Below, one piece after another: positions 21,324-31,975 of a stretch of DNA of 43,893 nt. Every line of letters starts with the position of its first letter. The stretch's first letter is position 1. The notes under the pieces were generated by a model, which had not been told where the DNA came from, did not search any database, and saw nothing but the letters and a program-made list of their open reading frames with translations. Location: the NCBI GenBank assembly GCA_027062325.1, contig JAMOTN010000029.1, positions 1 to 43,893 of the forward strand, given 5' to 3'. The DNA comes from a bacterium. Its GTDB lineage: Bacteria > JAMOTN01. The position numbers and the translations under genes are program-made.

Positions 21324-22070
21324 TCATTTCTGGTTCTTCTCTACAAACATTTTAAAATGCTCAAAATCCTCAAGAGTATCAACACCAAACGGTTTATAAC
21401 TTGTATAAACAACCTTTACAGGATAACCATGCCACATCCATCTTAGCTGCTCTAGCTTTTCAGTTTCTTCCAGATCACAAACCTCAAGTCTTGAAATTGC
21501 TCGTAACGTTGAAACTCTGTAAGCATATATCCCAACATGAAGCAAAAAACCCTCTTTTCTCTCTTCCCTTGCAAAAGGGATCGCTGCACGCGAAAAGTAC
21601 ATAGCGTACCCATCTTTATTCAAAACAACTTTTACTTTAGCAGGGTTCTGAGCCTCATCCTCTGAAAGGTAGGTGGCAGCCGTAGCTATAACTTTATCTT
21701 CTAGCCCTGCAACCTCTTCTGCTACATCCTTTACCAATTCTGAATCAATAAAAGGCTCGTCCCCTTGAAGATTTACTACGATCACTTCATCACCTACTCC
21801 CAACATATCTACAGCCTGAGCAACTCTATCTGTTCCACAGCCTGCAGGACCAGTGATAACAACCTCTGCCCCAAACTTTTCAAGCTCTTCCTTTATCAAC
21901 CCACTATCAGTTGCTATGACCACTCTAAATCCACTTTTTACAGCACTCTTCCATGTATAATACAAAAGTGGTTTTCCCTTCACTTCTAGAAGCATCTTCC
22001 TAGGAAGCCTTTTAGATTCAAGACGTGCAGGAATAATTACTATCTTTTCCACTTTCTCCATAAAATTCAC
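21324..22070 (-). CDS. kdsB: CMP-Kdo synthetase
   Basis: IIPARLESKRLPRK, GTDR, NLQGDEP, YFSRAAIP, EKLEQLR. Confidence 0.96.
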   Translation of the reverse strand: MNFMEKVEKIVIIPARLESKRLPRKMLLEVKGKPLLYYTWKSAVKSGFRVVIATDSGLIKEELEKFGAEVVITGPAGCGTDRVAQAVDMLGVGDEVIVVNLQGDEPFIDSELVKDVAEEVAGLEDKVIATAATYLSEDEAQNPAKVKVVLNKDGYAMYFSRAAIPFAREERKEGFLLHVGIYAYRVSTLRAISRLEVCDLEETEKLEQLRWMWHGYPVKVVYTSYKPFGVDTLEDFEHFKMFVEKNQK

Positions 22071-22080
22071 CTCAAAAACT

Positions 22081-23694
22081 CTATTTCAAGTACTCAAACT
22101 TATCAACATCAAACAAACCTCTATCTGTCAATTTAAGATGAGGGATGACCTCCAAAGCCATGAAAGTCAAAGTTGAAAATGGATCAGTTAAACTACTTCC
22201 AAGCAGACGAGCGTGATCTTTCAAGTTTCTAACTTCGCTTGCCACAATAACCGGCTCCTTTTCGGAAACAACTCCTCCAACACGTAGAGGCAACTCGTAA
22301 ATTTTCTCACCATCAAACAGAGCCTGCCCCCCCTGCATATCAATTACTGCATTAATCACTTTCAAAATAGCCTCATCCGAGGTTCCAACAGCCAAAATGT
22401 TATGACAATCATGTGAAAGAGAAGTAGCTATCGCTCCCCTTTTCAAACCAAACCCTTTTATAAAACTTGCTGCTTTTCTTCCATGCCCGTAACGCTCATA
22501 AACAACTATCTTTAGAATATCATTTTCCAAATCGTAATCTTCCTTCATACTTTCTCCAAGATCTAACTTGTGAGTTATAAGTGTACCATCAGAAGCCACC
22601 ATAGCAACATCGCGCAAATCAGGAGTAGGCACATCCTTTTGTTCAGGCAAGTTGAATGTATTCAGAAACTCAGCCGGTATATCAAATCCAACGCTCATCT
22701 GCCTCATAAATTTCCCATCAACAACTACCTCAACAGGATCAAAATCCTCATCAAACAAAACCACCCATGCTTTATTCCCAACTTTTATCTCTGCATACTC
22801 TTCAAGCCCATAGTACTTAAGCCCATTGTAAGTGGCCGCTTTTACAGCTAAAATCTCAGGTATACCATTTCTAATAGCTTTTTTAACGTTGTAGTTTATA
22901 TGGCCTTTCTTTAAAATATCCTCGATTGTTTTATCATCCGTGCAAAACATCACATCATCAGGATACTCTCTCAAAATTCTATAGGCATCAGGCCTTGTTT
23001 TTTCAGGACTTCCCTCTCTTATAAAAACCTTCATTCCAAGTTCTATCTTTTTTTTCAATTCTTCGTAAGAATAACTCTCGTGATCATCTTCCGCCCCTGC
23101 AGCAACGTATCTCTTCAAAATTTCATCATCCAAATGAGGTGCATGCCCATTAACTCTCTTTCCCAACTCTTTCGCTCTCTTTATAATATCTGGATAAAAA
23201 CTTAATCCCTGGACAACTCCCGGAACATTCATGAGCTCACCTAAAGCCACAACCTCCTGCAACTCTAGAAGTTCAAAAATCTCTTCTTTTCCAAGCCTAC
23301 CACCACTTGTATTGAATTCTGTAGCGGGAACACATGAAGAAACCGCAAATTTAATATTGGCAACACCATGTTTAGCATTCTCAACAAAGAATAGAAATCC
23401 CTCTTTACCTCTAACATTGGAAATCTCGTGCGGATCTGCAACAACGTGAAGCGTCCCAAACGACGCCACTACTTTTGAAAAATTAGCAGGAACAAGGTAT
23501 GAACTCTCAATATGACAGTGACAATCTATGAGCCCCGGAGTTAAAAACTTCTCACGCGCATTGATCACTATTTTACCATTCAAAGGCTTATCACTGATGC
23601 GAGAAATTACACCATTTTCTATACCAACACTCACCTTTCTCCATTTCATCTCAAAGAAATCCGGAATAAGGCAGTTATTAAAAACTATATCCAT
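22081..23694 (-). CDS. ade: Adenine deaminase
   Basis: DCHCHIESS, DPHEI, GHAP, DHE, SHDCHN, LEVIPHLKLTDRGL. Confidence 0.93.
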   Translation of the reverse strand: MDIVFNNCLIPDFFEMKWRKVSVGIENGVISRISDKPLNGKIVINAREKFLTPGLIDCHCHIESSYLVPANFSKVVASFGTLHVVADPHEISNVRGKEGFLFFVENAKHGVANIKFAVSSCVPATEFNTSGGRLGKEEIFELLELQEVVALGELMNVPGVVQGLSFYPDIIKRAKELGKRVNGHAPHLDDEILKRYVAAGAEDDHESYSYEELKKKIELGMKVFIREGSPEKTRPDAYRILREYPDDVMFCTDDKTIEDILKKGHINYNVKKAIRNGIPEILAVKAATYNGLKYYGLEEYAEIKVGNKAWVVLFDEDFDPVEVVVDGKFMRQMSVGFDIPAEFLNTFNLPEQKDVPTPDLRDVAMVASDGTLITHKLDLGESMKEDYDLENDILKIVVYERYGHGRKAASFIKGFGLKRGAIATSLSHDCHNILAVGTSDEAILKVINAVIDMQGGQALFDGEKIYELPLRVGGVVSEKEPVIVASEVRNLKDHARLLGSSLTDPFSTLTFMALEVIPHLKLTDRGLFDVDKFEYLK

Positions 23695-23866
23695 AAAAAT
23701 CCCTCCTCATTCTTTTATGTTTTAGTATATCAAATCTTATAATTTTAGAACTGCAAACCCCTACAAAAGCTAGAAAAATATATAAATCACTTACTTTCAA
23801 AATTTGCTAAACTAGTAGTGTACCTAACAAAAGCACTCTAAAATCTTTAAGTACATATAAGGGGGT

Positions 23867-25810
23867 ATGTCTATGAATTTTTTCAGAAAAATTTCTCCCG
23901 AATTTCAAATTAGGGCATGTTTGATTGTACTATTTCTATCGATCGTGGCATCAGTTTTATGGGGTAGCAAATTTATTTTCTTAAACTACATTCCATTGCT
24001 GCTATCCTTTATTGCGATTTTCCACATCCCAATTCAGATCAAGAAAAAACAAGAATTACTTAATAAGCACTCCAATGCAGCCATAGAAGAGATCCGACCA
24101 TTTGAACTTTTCGTATTTAACAAATTCCCAAACCTTGAAAAATTTCCAAAATTTATAAAACCGCTTCTTAAATTTGCTGCTCGATTTGCTGCAGCCACTG
24201 TGGCTCAGTTGAAAGCATTCACCAGCCAATCACAGGTTATTCTAGAAATAAGAAATTTCATGGAAAACCTACAAAACAAAATCCAAAAACACTCTGAAAC
24301 ATCAAATGAAGTTTCTCAAACAATGCTTGAAGTATCAGAAGAGGCAAACCGCACCATCAAAAATACTCTTAATTCCTTTAACGAATTCAATATCGCAATA
24401 GAAGACATAAACAAGAGCATACTCCACACAGTAGAAAAAACAGCCATAGCACGTGATAAGGCTGAGCATGTAAAAGGAAGAATTGAAAAATTATTCGAGA
24501 GTTCTCAAAACATTCTGGAAGTATCACATGTTATAGAACAAATAGCTGAACAAACAAACCTTCTTGCTATAAACGCCTCCATTGAAGCTTCCAGAGCTGG
24601 AGAAGCTGGAAAAGGATTTGCAATAGTAGCCCAGGAAGTTAAAAATCTTGCTGAAGAAACAGAGCAAGCTACAAAACGCATATCCGAAATCATAAGCTCA
24701 ATCCGTGAGGAAATAACTGCAAGTGTAAAAGCTGTTGCAGAAATTGCAGAAGACGTCGTAGATATCGACAAATACGCTAATAATGTCGCAGCTGCAAGTG
24801 AAGAACAGTATGCAACTCTAGCTAACGTCAAAGAACAAATGAACGCTATGTCAAACATAATAGAAGCCGTAGCAGAAAAAGCTGTTCAATTAAATGAACA
24901 CATTAAAGACTTTGAAAAGCTCGATAAACTTCTCAAAACTTCCACTAACGTTCTAAGTATCATCGCAAACCAGAATACGGCAATGTTAGCTAACATCTCC
25001 ATAAGCAGCGACTTTCAAGATGTTGTCCTTAAAGAAGCTTCTCGCTACACTGCATTTAAAACAGCCTTTACGAAACACTATGAATGGATTAATGAAGTCA
25101 TAAGCGCCCTCATTCAAGCTAAACCACCAGAGGTTGAAGTTGATCCAAATAAGTGTTTCTTAGGTAAGCTCCTTGCATCTTACACACCAAGCAATGAAAA
25201 AGAACGTGAAATTTTACTTATAATTGAAGATCTGCATTCCACTCTTCACCGCTCTGTAGCTGACATCCAGCAGCTACTCACAAGTGGAAATATTGAAGGA
25301 GCTCATGAAATTCTAACAACTGTAACTCTCAAGGCATTCTATGAACTTTCTACCACCTTCAATAAACTCCTTACGATTTTTGAAGAAAAAGAGGGTATTA
25401 ACCGTGATTTTATGCCTTGGGGTCCACAGTTCACACTGGGCATCTCAATAATCGATTCCCAGCACAAAAAATTATTTGACCTGGTAAACAATCTATACAA
25501 AGCTTTCAAAACTGGCAAAGACCACGCTGTATTGGAAAGCATTTTAGAAGAACTCACTTCATATACAGATTACCACTTCAAAACAGAAGAGGAACTATTT
25601 GAGAAATACGGTTATCCAGAAACAGACATTCACAAAGAAATTCACAAGAAACTTGTCGACAAAGTAGTAGCGTTTTTACATAACTTTAAAGCTGGAAAAG
25701 CTACGGTTAACTTTGAAGTTTTAAACTTCTTAAAGAATTGGCTGACAAACCACATTGGGGTAACTGATAGAAAATATGCACCATTCCTCAAATCCAAAGG
25801 TGTGAAGTAG
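23867..25810 (+). CDS. Methyl-accepting chemotaxis protein with C-terminal CZB and hemerythrin domains
   Basis: Two N-terminal TMs; IAEQTNLLAINASIEASRAGEAGKGFAIVA; CZB-like HYEW..CFLGK..HSTLH; hemerythrin IDSQH, HFKTEE, HKEIH, HIGVTD. Confidence 0.9.
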   Translation: MSMNFFRKISPEFQIRACLIVLFLSIVASVLWGSKFIFLNYIPLLLSFIAIFHIPIQIKKKQELLNKHSNAAIEEIRPFELFVFNKFPNLEKFPKFIKPLLKFAARFAAATVAQLKAFTSQSQVILEIRNFMENLQNKIQKHSETSNEVSQTMLEVSEEANRTIKNTLNSFNEFNIAIEDINKSILHTVEKTAIARDKAEHVKGRIEKLFESSQNILEVSHVIEQIAEQTNLLAINASIEASRAGEAGKGFAIVAQEVKNLAEETEQATKRISEIISSIREEITASVKAVAEIAEDVVDIDKYANNVAAASEEQYATLANVKEQMNAMSNIIEAVAEKAVQLNEHIKDFEKLDKLLKTSTNVLSIIANQNTAMLANISISSDFQDVVLKEASRYTAFKTAFTKHYEWINEVISALIQAKPPEVEVDPNKCFLGKLLASYTPSNEKEREILLIIEDLHSTLHRSVADIQQLLTSGNIEGAHEILTTVTLKAFYELSTTFNKLLTIFEEKEGINRDFMPWGPQFTLGISIIDSQHKKLFDLVNNLYKAFKTGKDHAVLESILEELTSYTDYHFKTEEELFEKYGYPETDIHKEIHKKLVDKVVAFLHNFKAGKATVNFEVLNFLKNWLTNHIGVTDRKYAPFLKSKGVK

Positions 25811-25834
25811 AATTGTTATGAGTATGAAACAAAT

Positions 25835-25864
25835 AAAAAAAGGGGGCTTTAAAAGCCCCCCTTT
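25835..25864. terminator. Bidirectional intrinsic terminator
   Basis: A-run, GGGGGCTTT-A-AAAGCCCCC stem, T-run; between convergent genes. Confidence 0.85.
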
Positions 25865-25888
25865 AAATTTTCTACACACATTTTCACA

Positions 25889-26602
25889 TCACTTTCCAAA
25901 CCGCAAGCTTTTTAACTTCAACCTCAAATAAACTGTATGCCAATACTCCGCTTTATTCTCATCTTTACCACAGTAACTCATCCAATTATCATAAGCTTTT
26001 TTTACAAGGTAATCGTTCCAATTATTAAAAGCTGCAAAATCAAGCACTGCAGAATCAAAATCTGTGTACTTTAATGTACCACTTTTATATTCAACTGCTT
26101 CCTTTTCTCCAACATAGCGCTTCTGCTTGCTACTCCTTACAACAACTAATCCTCTCCAAACAACTGCCTTACCACTTCTAGATTTATAACTATAATCAAC
26201 ACCAAAACAGGTTCCTTTAACTGCAGCAACAAAAGAAGGCGTGACTACTCTAAAGCCCTGATCAGTCTTGACAACATTCAACCATACCTTTCCCCTCTTG
26301 AGCTTAACAGTGGTTGGATAAAGTTTTAAAAGTGCAGGTCCTGCTACTCGTAAAACGTGTCCTTTATCAAACCTTAACTCTAAATTAGCCCCCTGAGCCA
26401 ACTTCAATACATCTTTACTCTCAAGTGCAGCTCCTTCCTTCAACTCAAACTCATTGTGCCCTCTTTTTACCTTAATCTCCCCAAATACAAGCGTAGCAAT
26501 TGCCAGTCTATTGCTCCCGGCTAAAACCTTCAAAGAGGTAACTGCGAAGACCACCACTACTAATAACAACTCCAACTTCCTCACTAACTTCTTCTCTATC
26601 AT
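25889..26602 (-). CDS. FecR-domain exported protein
   Basis: Signal peptide; LKRGKVW, FRVVTPSFVAAVKGTCFGV, VWRGLV. Confidence 0.8.
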   Translation of the reverse strand: MIEKKLVRKLELLLVVVVFAVTSLKVLAGSNRLAIATLVFGEIKVKRGHNEFELKEGAALESKDVLKLAQGANLELRFDKGHVLRVAGPALLKLYPTTVKLKRGKVWLNVVKTDQGFRVVTPSFVAAVKGTCFGVDYSYKSRSGKAVVWRGLVVVRSSKQKRYVGEKEAVEYKSGTLKYTDFDSAVLDFAAFNNWNDYLVKKAYDNWMSYCGKDENKAEYWHTVYLRLKLKSLRFGK

Positions 26603-26659
26603 AATTTATACCGCCTCCTCTCTTAATTTTCTTTCTACTTCTACTCAACTGAGCTAAAC

Positions 26660-29299
26660 TTATATTCCATCAGCTAAAGTTGGAACATAAACTTTTTCTG
26701 CAACACTTTTTACAAACTTAGCAGCCTCATCAACACGAGCGAAATTCTCAAGCCCAACACCACTTATCACACGCACGCTGCGTTTAGTCTTTGTCAAAAT
26801 CACAGCTGCTCCAATAAAATTAGTACCTTTATCCCCACTAACATATTCTCCAACAACCTCAGTCTTGGCTCCCCCACTTTTCACCACATCAAACACCGTA
26901 GGAAGAGCCATCGCCGTATTGGCTCCAGCTGTTCTCAAAGCAAAAACCTCATCTTCCAAGCGCAATTTAACTCCTTCTACATCCCTAGCAAATTCAACTT
27001 TGAATATACGTCTCAAAGCATCATCTGCCAACTCAAGCTGCTCCACTCCTACTCCCATCATAACAACTCTACCGCCACCTCTTAAAAACTTATAAAGTTC
27101 TGCCACTTCAAATCTACTAATACTAGCAGGATTTCCTCCGACACTCCAAAACACCACTGCGTCTCTGTAATTTTTCAAAACTTTAGCATTAACCGGCCCA
27201 AATACCTCTGGAATCCAAATATCCACTACGTATCCTGCTCCTCTCAATATCTGGGCATAGTACTTACCGTAAACCATATTGGCATACAAACTCCCTTGAT
27301 TCATCACTAACAATGCATTTCCATTCCTCACAAACTTTGGCTTCAAACTTATCAACTCATCCCAGTGAGTAGCAGCTGCCCAATCAAGGTTTTTATAAGA
27401 TATCATGTAATTTAAAACCGAAGGAACATACACACTCAAACCAAAACTTCCCGCCATTTCCGGCGTATGCCCTTCTGCAAACACAACACCTGAAGAGTAA
27501 ACAACACTGGCATTCTTTATTTTACCTTCACTCGACCAACTATCATCATCTAAGTAATGAATCACATAGTTTATTTCATCAACTCTTTCATCACCTATGA
27601 ATGGCCCAATCTCAACAACCCACTTATTTCCCTCTTTCCTAAAAGGAGTCACAACACACTTTTTATCTTCACGCAACTTGCTGCCAAAAGGCCAGTACTT
27701 TTTATCAGGTACTTTCCAACCGTTTATCCCCCAATGAATCTCTGCAGGTCTGGAGAACTCAATGTGGATTGGATCATTAAAAATTTTTTTATTCTTATCT
27801 TGTAAAGATGTCACCAACTCTATTCCTTGAGTTTTGATAACCTCTAAGGCTAATCTGCCTATCTCCTGATCTTTACTCTTTAAAAGTTGAGATACATTGT
27901 ACACAAAACCTAAAAGATCACAGTAATCTGGATCATCGTAGTCTCTTGTTTGAAGCCTTGCCTTTGCAATTAAACTTAAAACTTCAGGACTCTTTTTAGC
28001 TAATTCAAGAATACGCACAGCAAAATTATCTACAGCCTTGGCTAACTCGTCTATTCTATCCAAATCAATCGCAGCCTGGGTAACCTTTCCCCATCCTTGA
28101 ATTCCACCCTCATAAGACTTAACATAAGCTTCAACCACATTTTTGGCAAATTCCCTACCATCCATATCTGGCTTCTTTTTGAGACGCGCCAAAATCTCAT
28201 CATACGGCCAACCATCACCCGGCTCTGTCTGTTCACTTCCTATCATCACATGAGCAAAATCTTTAAGCTGATAAGCAACCTCTATCATCCCCATCAAACA
28301 AGCATCAAAAGCAATTACATCTAACTTCCCACCATGAACATCTCTTATTTGTCTTAAAGCACTCTTCAAAGCCCAAAAATCCAGATTATTTCCACTCGAT
28401 TCATCGTAAGAAACTCCCTTGTGAATTGGTGCCTTCCAACCAGCACCGTGATTCCATATAACAAGTGCTACACGCTCAGCTGGGAAATTCTTCATTCCCC
28501 ATTTAGCAAAGTCAACGAGAGTGGATGCTGCCCCCATATCCACTTCTCCTAAATCTGCAAGTAATCGAGAACCTATCTTTTTATTATCAATATCCAAAGT
28601 TATGTAATAACGGCGTGCTCCAGTCCAGTCTCCATTTGAGGCATCATAACCTTCTGCTCTGTCTATTTGAACCACAATCTTAACATCGTCGTCGCTTCCC
28701 ACTCTTTCCATCTCATTTATATCGTCTATTCCAGCACTTTCCAAGTCATTATCTGCATTTATATAAACGAGCACAAGCCACTTAGCCTTTTTAGTGGTCC
28801 CCCCCGTATTTTGAGATTGACTCGAACCAACAATCTCATCATCTTTTTTCCCATTTTTCCACCTGCTAACAGCATCCTGAATATAAGCTTCAACATCAAC
28901 ATTTCTGAACTCGTACTCAATCTGCTGAACCAAAACCAAAACTTTAGTCAACTGCCAATCAGACATCGTCAATACCTTTGATTTCAACAATTTTTCTATC
29001 TCTTTCACAAGATCCATAATTACAATTAAATCTTGGTTGTAGCGAAAGTACATCTGCTTTACAAAATTCTCAATTCCTTCGTAATCTTTCTTCTCTATCA
29101 TTTTCTCTGTATACTTCAAAATCCTATCCTTCAATTTTTCAGCCTTTTCTCTATACATCTCTTTTTCTTCTGTCGTTTTAGCAGCATAAAATGCTATTTT
29201 GGTAAAGAAATACTTATCAACCTTTTTCAAAAGAATATCCACATAAGCAAAGCTGAAAACAAAAGTTAGAACTACAAACAGCAGTATCCATCTCTTCAT
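26660..29299 (-). CDS. Exported clostripain-family (C11) cysteine peptidase with extra domains
   Basis: WLVLVYINADNDLE, catalytic WNHGAGW and FDACLMG, GLSVYVP...THWDELI. Confidence 0.88.
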   Translation of the reverse strand: MKRWILLFVVLTFVFSFAYVDILLKKVDKYFFTKIAFYAAKTTEEKEMYREKAEKLKDRILKYTEKMIEKKDYEGIENFVKQMYFRYNQDLIVIMDLVKEIEKLLKSKVLTMSDWQLTKVLVLVQQIEYEFRNVDVEAYIQDAVSRWKNGKKDDEIVGSSQSQNTGGTTKKAKWLVLVYINADNDLESAGIDDINEMERVGSDDDVKIVVQIDRAEGYDASNGDWTGARRYYITLDIDNKKIGSRLLADLGEVDMGAASTLVDFAKWGMKNFPAERVALVIWNHGAGWKAPIHKGVSYDESSGNNLDFWALKSALRQIRDVHGGKLDVIAFDACLMGMIEVAYQLKDFAHVMIGSEQTEPGDGWPYDEILARLKKKPDMDGREFAKNVVEAYVKSYEGGIQGWGKVTQAAIDLDRIDELAKAVDNFAVRILELAKKSPEVLSLIAKARLQTRDYDDPDYCDLLGFVYNVSQLLKSKDQEIGRLALEVIKTQGIELVTSLQDKNKKIFNDPIHIEFSRPAEIHWGINGWKVPDKKYWPFGSKLREDKKCVVTPFRKEGNKWVVEIGPFIGDERVDEINYVIHYLDDDSWSSEGKIKNASVVYSSGVVFAEGHTPEMAGSFGLSVYVPSVLNYMISYKNLDWAAATHWDELISLKPKFVRNGNALLVMNQGSLYANMVYGKYYAQILRGAGYVVDIWIPEVFGPVNAKVLKNYRDAVVFWSVGGNPASISRFEVAELYKFLRGGGRVVMMGVGVEQLELADDALRRIFKVEFARDVEGVKLRLEDEVFALRTAGANTAMALPTVFDVVKSGGAKTEVVGEYVSGDKGTNFIGAAVILTKTKRSVRVISGVGLENFARVDEAAKFVKSVAEKVYVPTLADGI

Positions 29300-29403
29300 A
29301 CTACACCCCTCCTTTGTTTAATATTATAAGGGAGAAATAAACAGCTGCTTCTATAAAATTCCTTTTGTTAAAACATAAACCGTGTCTTAAGGAGGCGATC
29401 AGA

Positions 29404-29904
29404 ATGATCAAGGAATGGCAGGGAATCACTCCAGAAATTTCAGAGGATGCATTTGTTGCAGAAACCGCCATCATTATTGGAAAAGTCAAAATAGAAAGTA
29501 AAGCAAGCATATGGTTTGGAGCCGTACTGCGTGGAGACATAGAGGATATTGTAATAAAAGAAGGAGCCAACATTCAGGATAATTGTGTAATACACACATC
29601 ACCAAACCTCCCCGTTGTGGTTGGTGAAAACACAACTGTTGGACACCTTGCAATGCTTCACGGATGTAAAATTGGTAAAAACTGTCTCATTGGTATGAGT
29701 GCAGTTATTCTAGATGGAGCTGTAGTTCCTGATAATACAATTGTTGCTGCAGGAGCAGTAGTCCCACCGGGAAAAAAATTGGAAAGCGGCATCATTTGGG
29801 CAGGCAATCCTGCAAAACCATTGCGTGAGATTCGCCCTGAAGAGATAGAAATGATAAAGAAAAATGCAGCTCACTACATTGAGCTTGCAAACAGCCACAA
29901 CTAA
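29404..29904 (+). CDS. Gamma carbonic anhydrase-family protein (YrdA/PaaY-like)
   Basis: LRGD, NIQDNCVIH, TVGHLAMLHGC, hexapeptide repeats; AAGGAGG RBS before ATG at 29404. Confidence 0.92.
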   Translation: MIKEWQGITPEISEDAFVAETAIIIGKVKIESKASIWFGAVLRGDIEDIVIKEGANIQDNCVIHTSPNLPVVVGENTTVGHLAMLHGCKIGKNCLIGMSAVILDGAVVPDNTIVAAGAVVPPGKKLESGIIWAGNPAKPLREIRPEEIEMIKKNAAHYIELANSHN

Positions 29905-29922
29905 AGTTTCACTAGTACGAAT

Positions 29923-29957
29923 AAAAAAGGGGGCTTATTTTAAGTAAGCCCCCCTTA
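29923..29957. terminator. Bidirectional intrinsic terminator
   Basis: AAAAAA-GGGGGCTTATTT-T-AAGTAAGCCCCC-CTT between convergent genes. Confidence 0.85.
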
Positions 29958-29992
29958 TCATTAATTTCAAATCCAAAATTTTGATTCTTTAT

Positions 29993-31105
29993 TTATTTTG
30001 AACTTATTGGTCTCACTCCCCTGAAATTTCTATAACCCGGTATAAAGCGCGCATTAGATTTGAATGTTGGCACCGATGGAGTAGGAACCGTTGGTATTCC
30101 CGGCAAAGTTGGCAGAGTCGTTGGAGCAACCACTGGCAAAGCTTTTGGCAAAGCTGCCGCTGGGACTTTTGTCTGACCAGGAAACCTAACTGCCCTCTTA
30201 GTAGGATAAGGCAACACACGCTCACCAGTAGCTGCAGGCATATTTCTCATTTTAGAGATCAATCTTTTTTGCATAATAAGCTTCTGTCTGATTACACTGC
30301 GCAAATTCTTACGACTCGTTTTAACTCTTCCAATAACATTTTCATGAGTAACTTTCATCTCTCCAGTAGCTTTTACCAATCCTCGCGGAGTTTTTACAAA
30401 TTTTTTAACAAGAGTTGGCACTATTGACCTCCTATTTCTTCTATTCCTTCTAACAATCGGATTAACTCCAACAGCAACAGTAGCAAGTCTATTCGTAGTT
30501 ACACCAACAAATTTTTTTCCTCCAGTAACAGCTATTGATCTTCTCCTAGTAAACAACTTCTTCAATATTAAGCTCTTTTTAACAGTATTAACCCTGACTT
30601 CATTAGAGGAAACCACCACTTCAGCAGAACCTCTCCTGTTAATCATACTTATCCTTTTCAATCTGTTTATAAGCACTTCTACAGTGGAGGTTCTAATCCT
30701 ACTCTCATAAGTACTCGTTGAAATTACTGTGCCCTTATCAGTTTCAACAGTAGCATTATTCCCTACCACCTCAACAGTAGCATCTCGGGTAACTACAGAC
30801 GTCTCTGCACTTGAAGCAGTAATGGTATAATCATCACCTCTAACAGTTGAATTGACAGCTTCAGTAGCATTAATCTCATTAGGTTCATAAGTAGCCGTAT
30901 CGTAAGGATAATATGAAGGGTAAGACTCTACAGATGACTCTGTAGATGAATAATAACTTTCGTAACTTGCATAACCATAAACTGCTTCATTAGTAGGATA
31001 ATTAGTAGGATAAGAGTAATAGCTACCTCTAGTAAAATCCCTTGCTAAACTAACAAAATACACTCCACACATCAAAACCACTATCAAAACAAGCGCTCTT
31101 CTCAT
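29993..31105 (-). CDS. Exported low-complexity hypothetical protein
   Basis: Signal peptide; Tyr/Ser-rich, then ATVE-type repeats, Arg/Lys-rich, then Pro/Thr-rich segments; GAGGGG RBS. Confidence 0.7.
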   Translation of the reverse strand: MRRALVLIVVLMCGVYFVSLARDFTRGSYYSYPTNYPTNEAVYGYASYESYYSSTESSVESYPSYYPYDTATYEPNEINATEAVNSTVRGDDYTITASSAETSVVTRDATVEVVGNNATVETDKGTVISTSTYESRIRTSTVEVLINRLKRISMINRRGSAEVVVSSNEVRVNTVKKSLILKKLFTRRRSIAVTGGKKFVGVTTNRLATVAVGVNPIVRRNRRNRRSIVPTLVKKFVKTPRGLVKATGEMKVTHENVIGRVKTSRKNLRSVIRQKLIMQKRLISKMRNMPAATGERVLPYPTKRAVRFPGQTKVPAAALPKALPVVAPTTLPTLPGIPTVPTPSVPTFKSNARFIPGYRNFRGVRPISSK

Positions 31106-31222
31106 AATAATCCCCTCTTTAAAATAGTATTCTCTCCTTTTCTCCCACCACCTTCCTTATTTTTTAGACGCACATAAAAGCATTCTTAGTACTAATTAAA
31201 TCCTTATCCTCAATCACCTTTC

Positions 31223-31699
31223 TTAAAATCCATTTTTTCCCTTTCCTTTACTATTATCCCTAAATGTAAACCCTTTGTGTCCTCTCCTAAAAAATCTTTT
31301 CTCAAGCACTGGCAAAACACTAGGATCCTTAACTATCTTTAACAAATCCTGCCGGGCTTTCCAATTTAAATCTATTATTTTCCTATTCAAATCATTTATC
31401 TTGTCATTTATTGCCAATACATCCTCTAATTTTGCCTGCGGATCAAAGTACTTTTTTCTAAGTTCTCTTCTCAATTTAAAAATTTCACGTAAAATCTCCC
31501 CAACATTTTTTCTCAAATTTATAAATATTTCTCTAATCTGCTGTTTTTGCTCCGGCGTTAAATTTTTCAAAACAGCCCTAATAGCCCCTTTATTTCCTGC
31601 ACCATTACCAATGCCTCCCTCATTAGCTGCAAACCCTACAAATGCCAAAAACAACAGCAACATTCCACTTAGCAACACTTTTCTTTTCATCTCCACCAC
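31223..31699 (-). CDS. Periplasmic Spy/CpxP/ZraP-like helical protein
   Basis: Signal peptide, NLTPEQKQQIREI, helical hairpin. Confidence 0.7.
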   Translation of the reverse strand: MVEMKRKVLLSGMLLLFLAFVGFAANEGGIGNGAGNKGAIRAVLKNLTPEQKQQIREIFINLRKNVGEILREIFKLRRELRKKYFDPQAKLEDVLAINDKINDLNRKIIDLNWKARQDLLKIVKDPSVLPVLEKRFFRRGHKGFTFRDNSKGKGKNGF

Positions 31700-31840
31700 C
31701 CCCTAAATTTCATACAATCCTCAATTTAATCATTCAATTTTTCTTCAATCTTTTATTTAAATTTTAACACTTTTTCCCCAATTTGGCGCATGTTTAGCTC
31801 TTTCCTATTCAACATTCCATCTAATTACTTTGCTCAATGA

Positions 31841-31975
31841 CACTGGGTAATTTTTACCGCAATCGTGAAACTCTTCAAACAAGAAGGATACGAAAAATCA
31901 CCGATAAAAATCTATGAATTTTCCGTAGGAGCAGTTATTGCACTTCACATAGGAATCGAGCAGGTTTTAAAGTAA
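31841..31975 (+). pseudogene. Possible gene remnant resembling a DegV C-terminus
   Basis: Open stretch ...IYEFSVGAVIALHIGIEQVLK* resembles the DegV 'GxVIxxHxG' motif; no good start or RBS. Confidence 0.25.
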
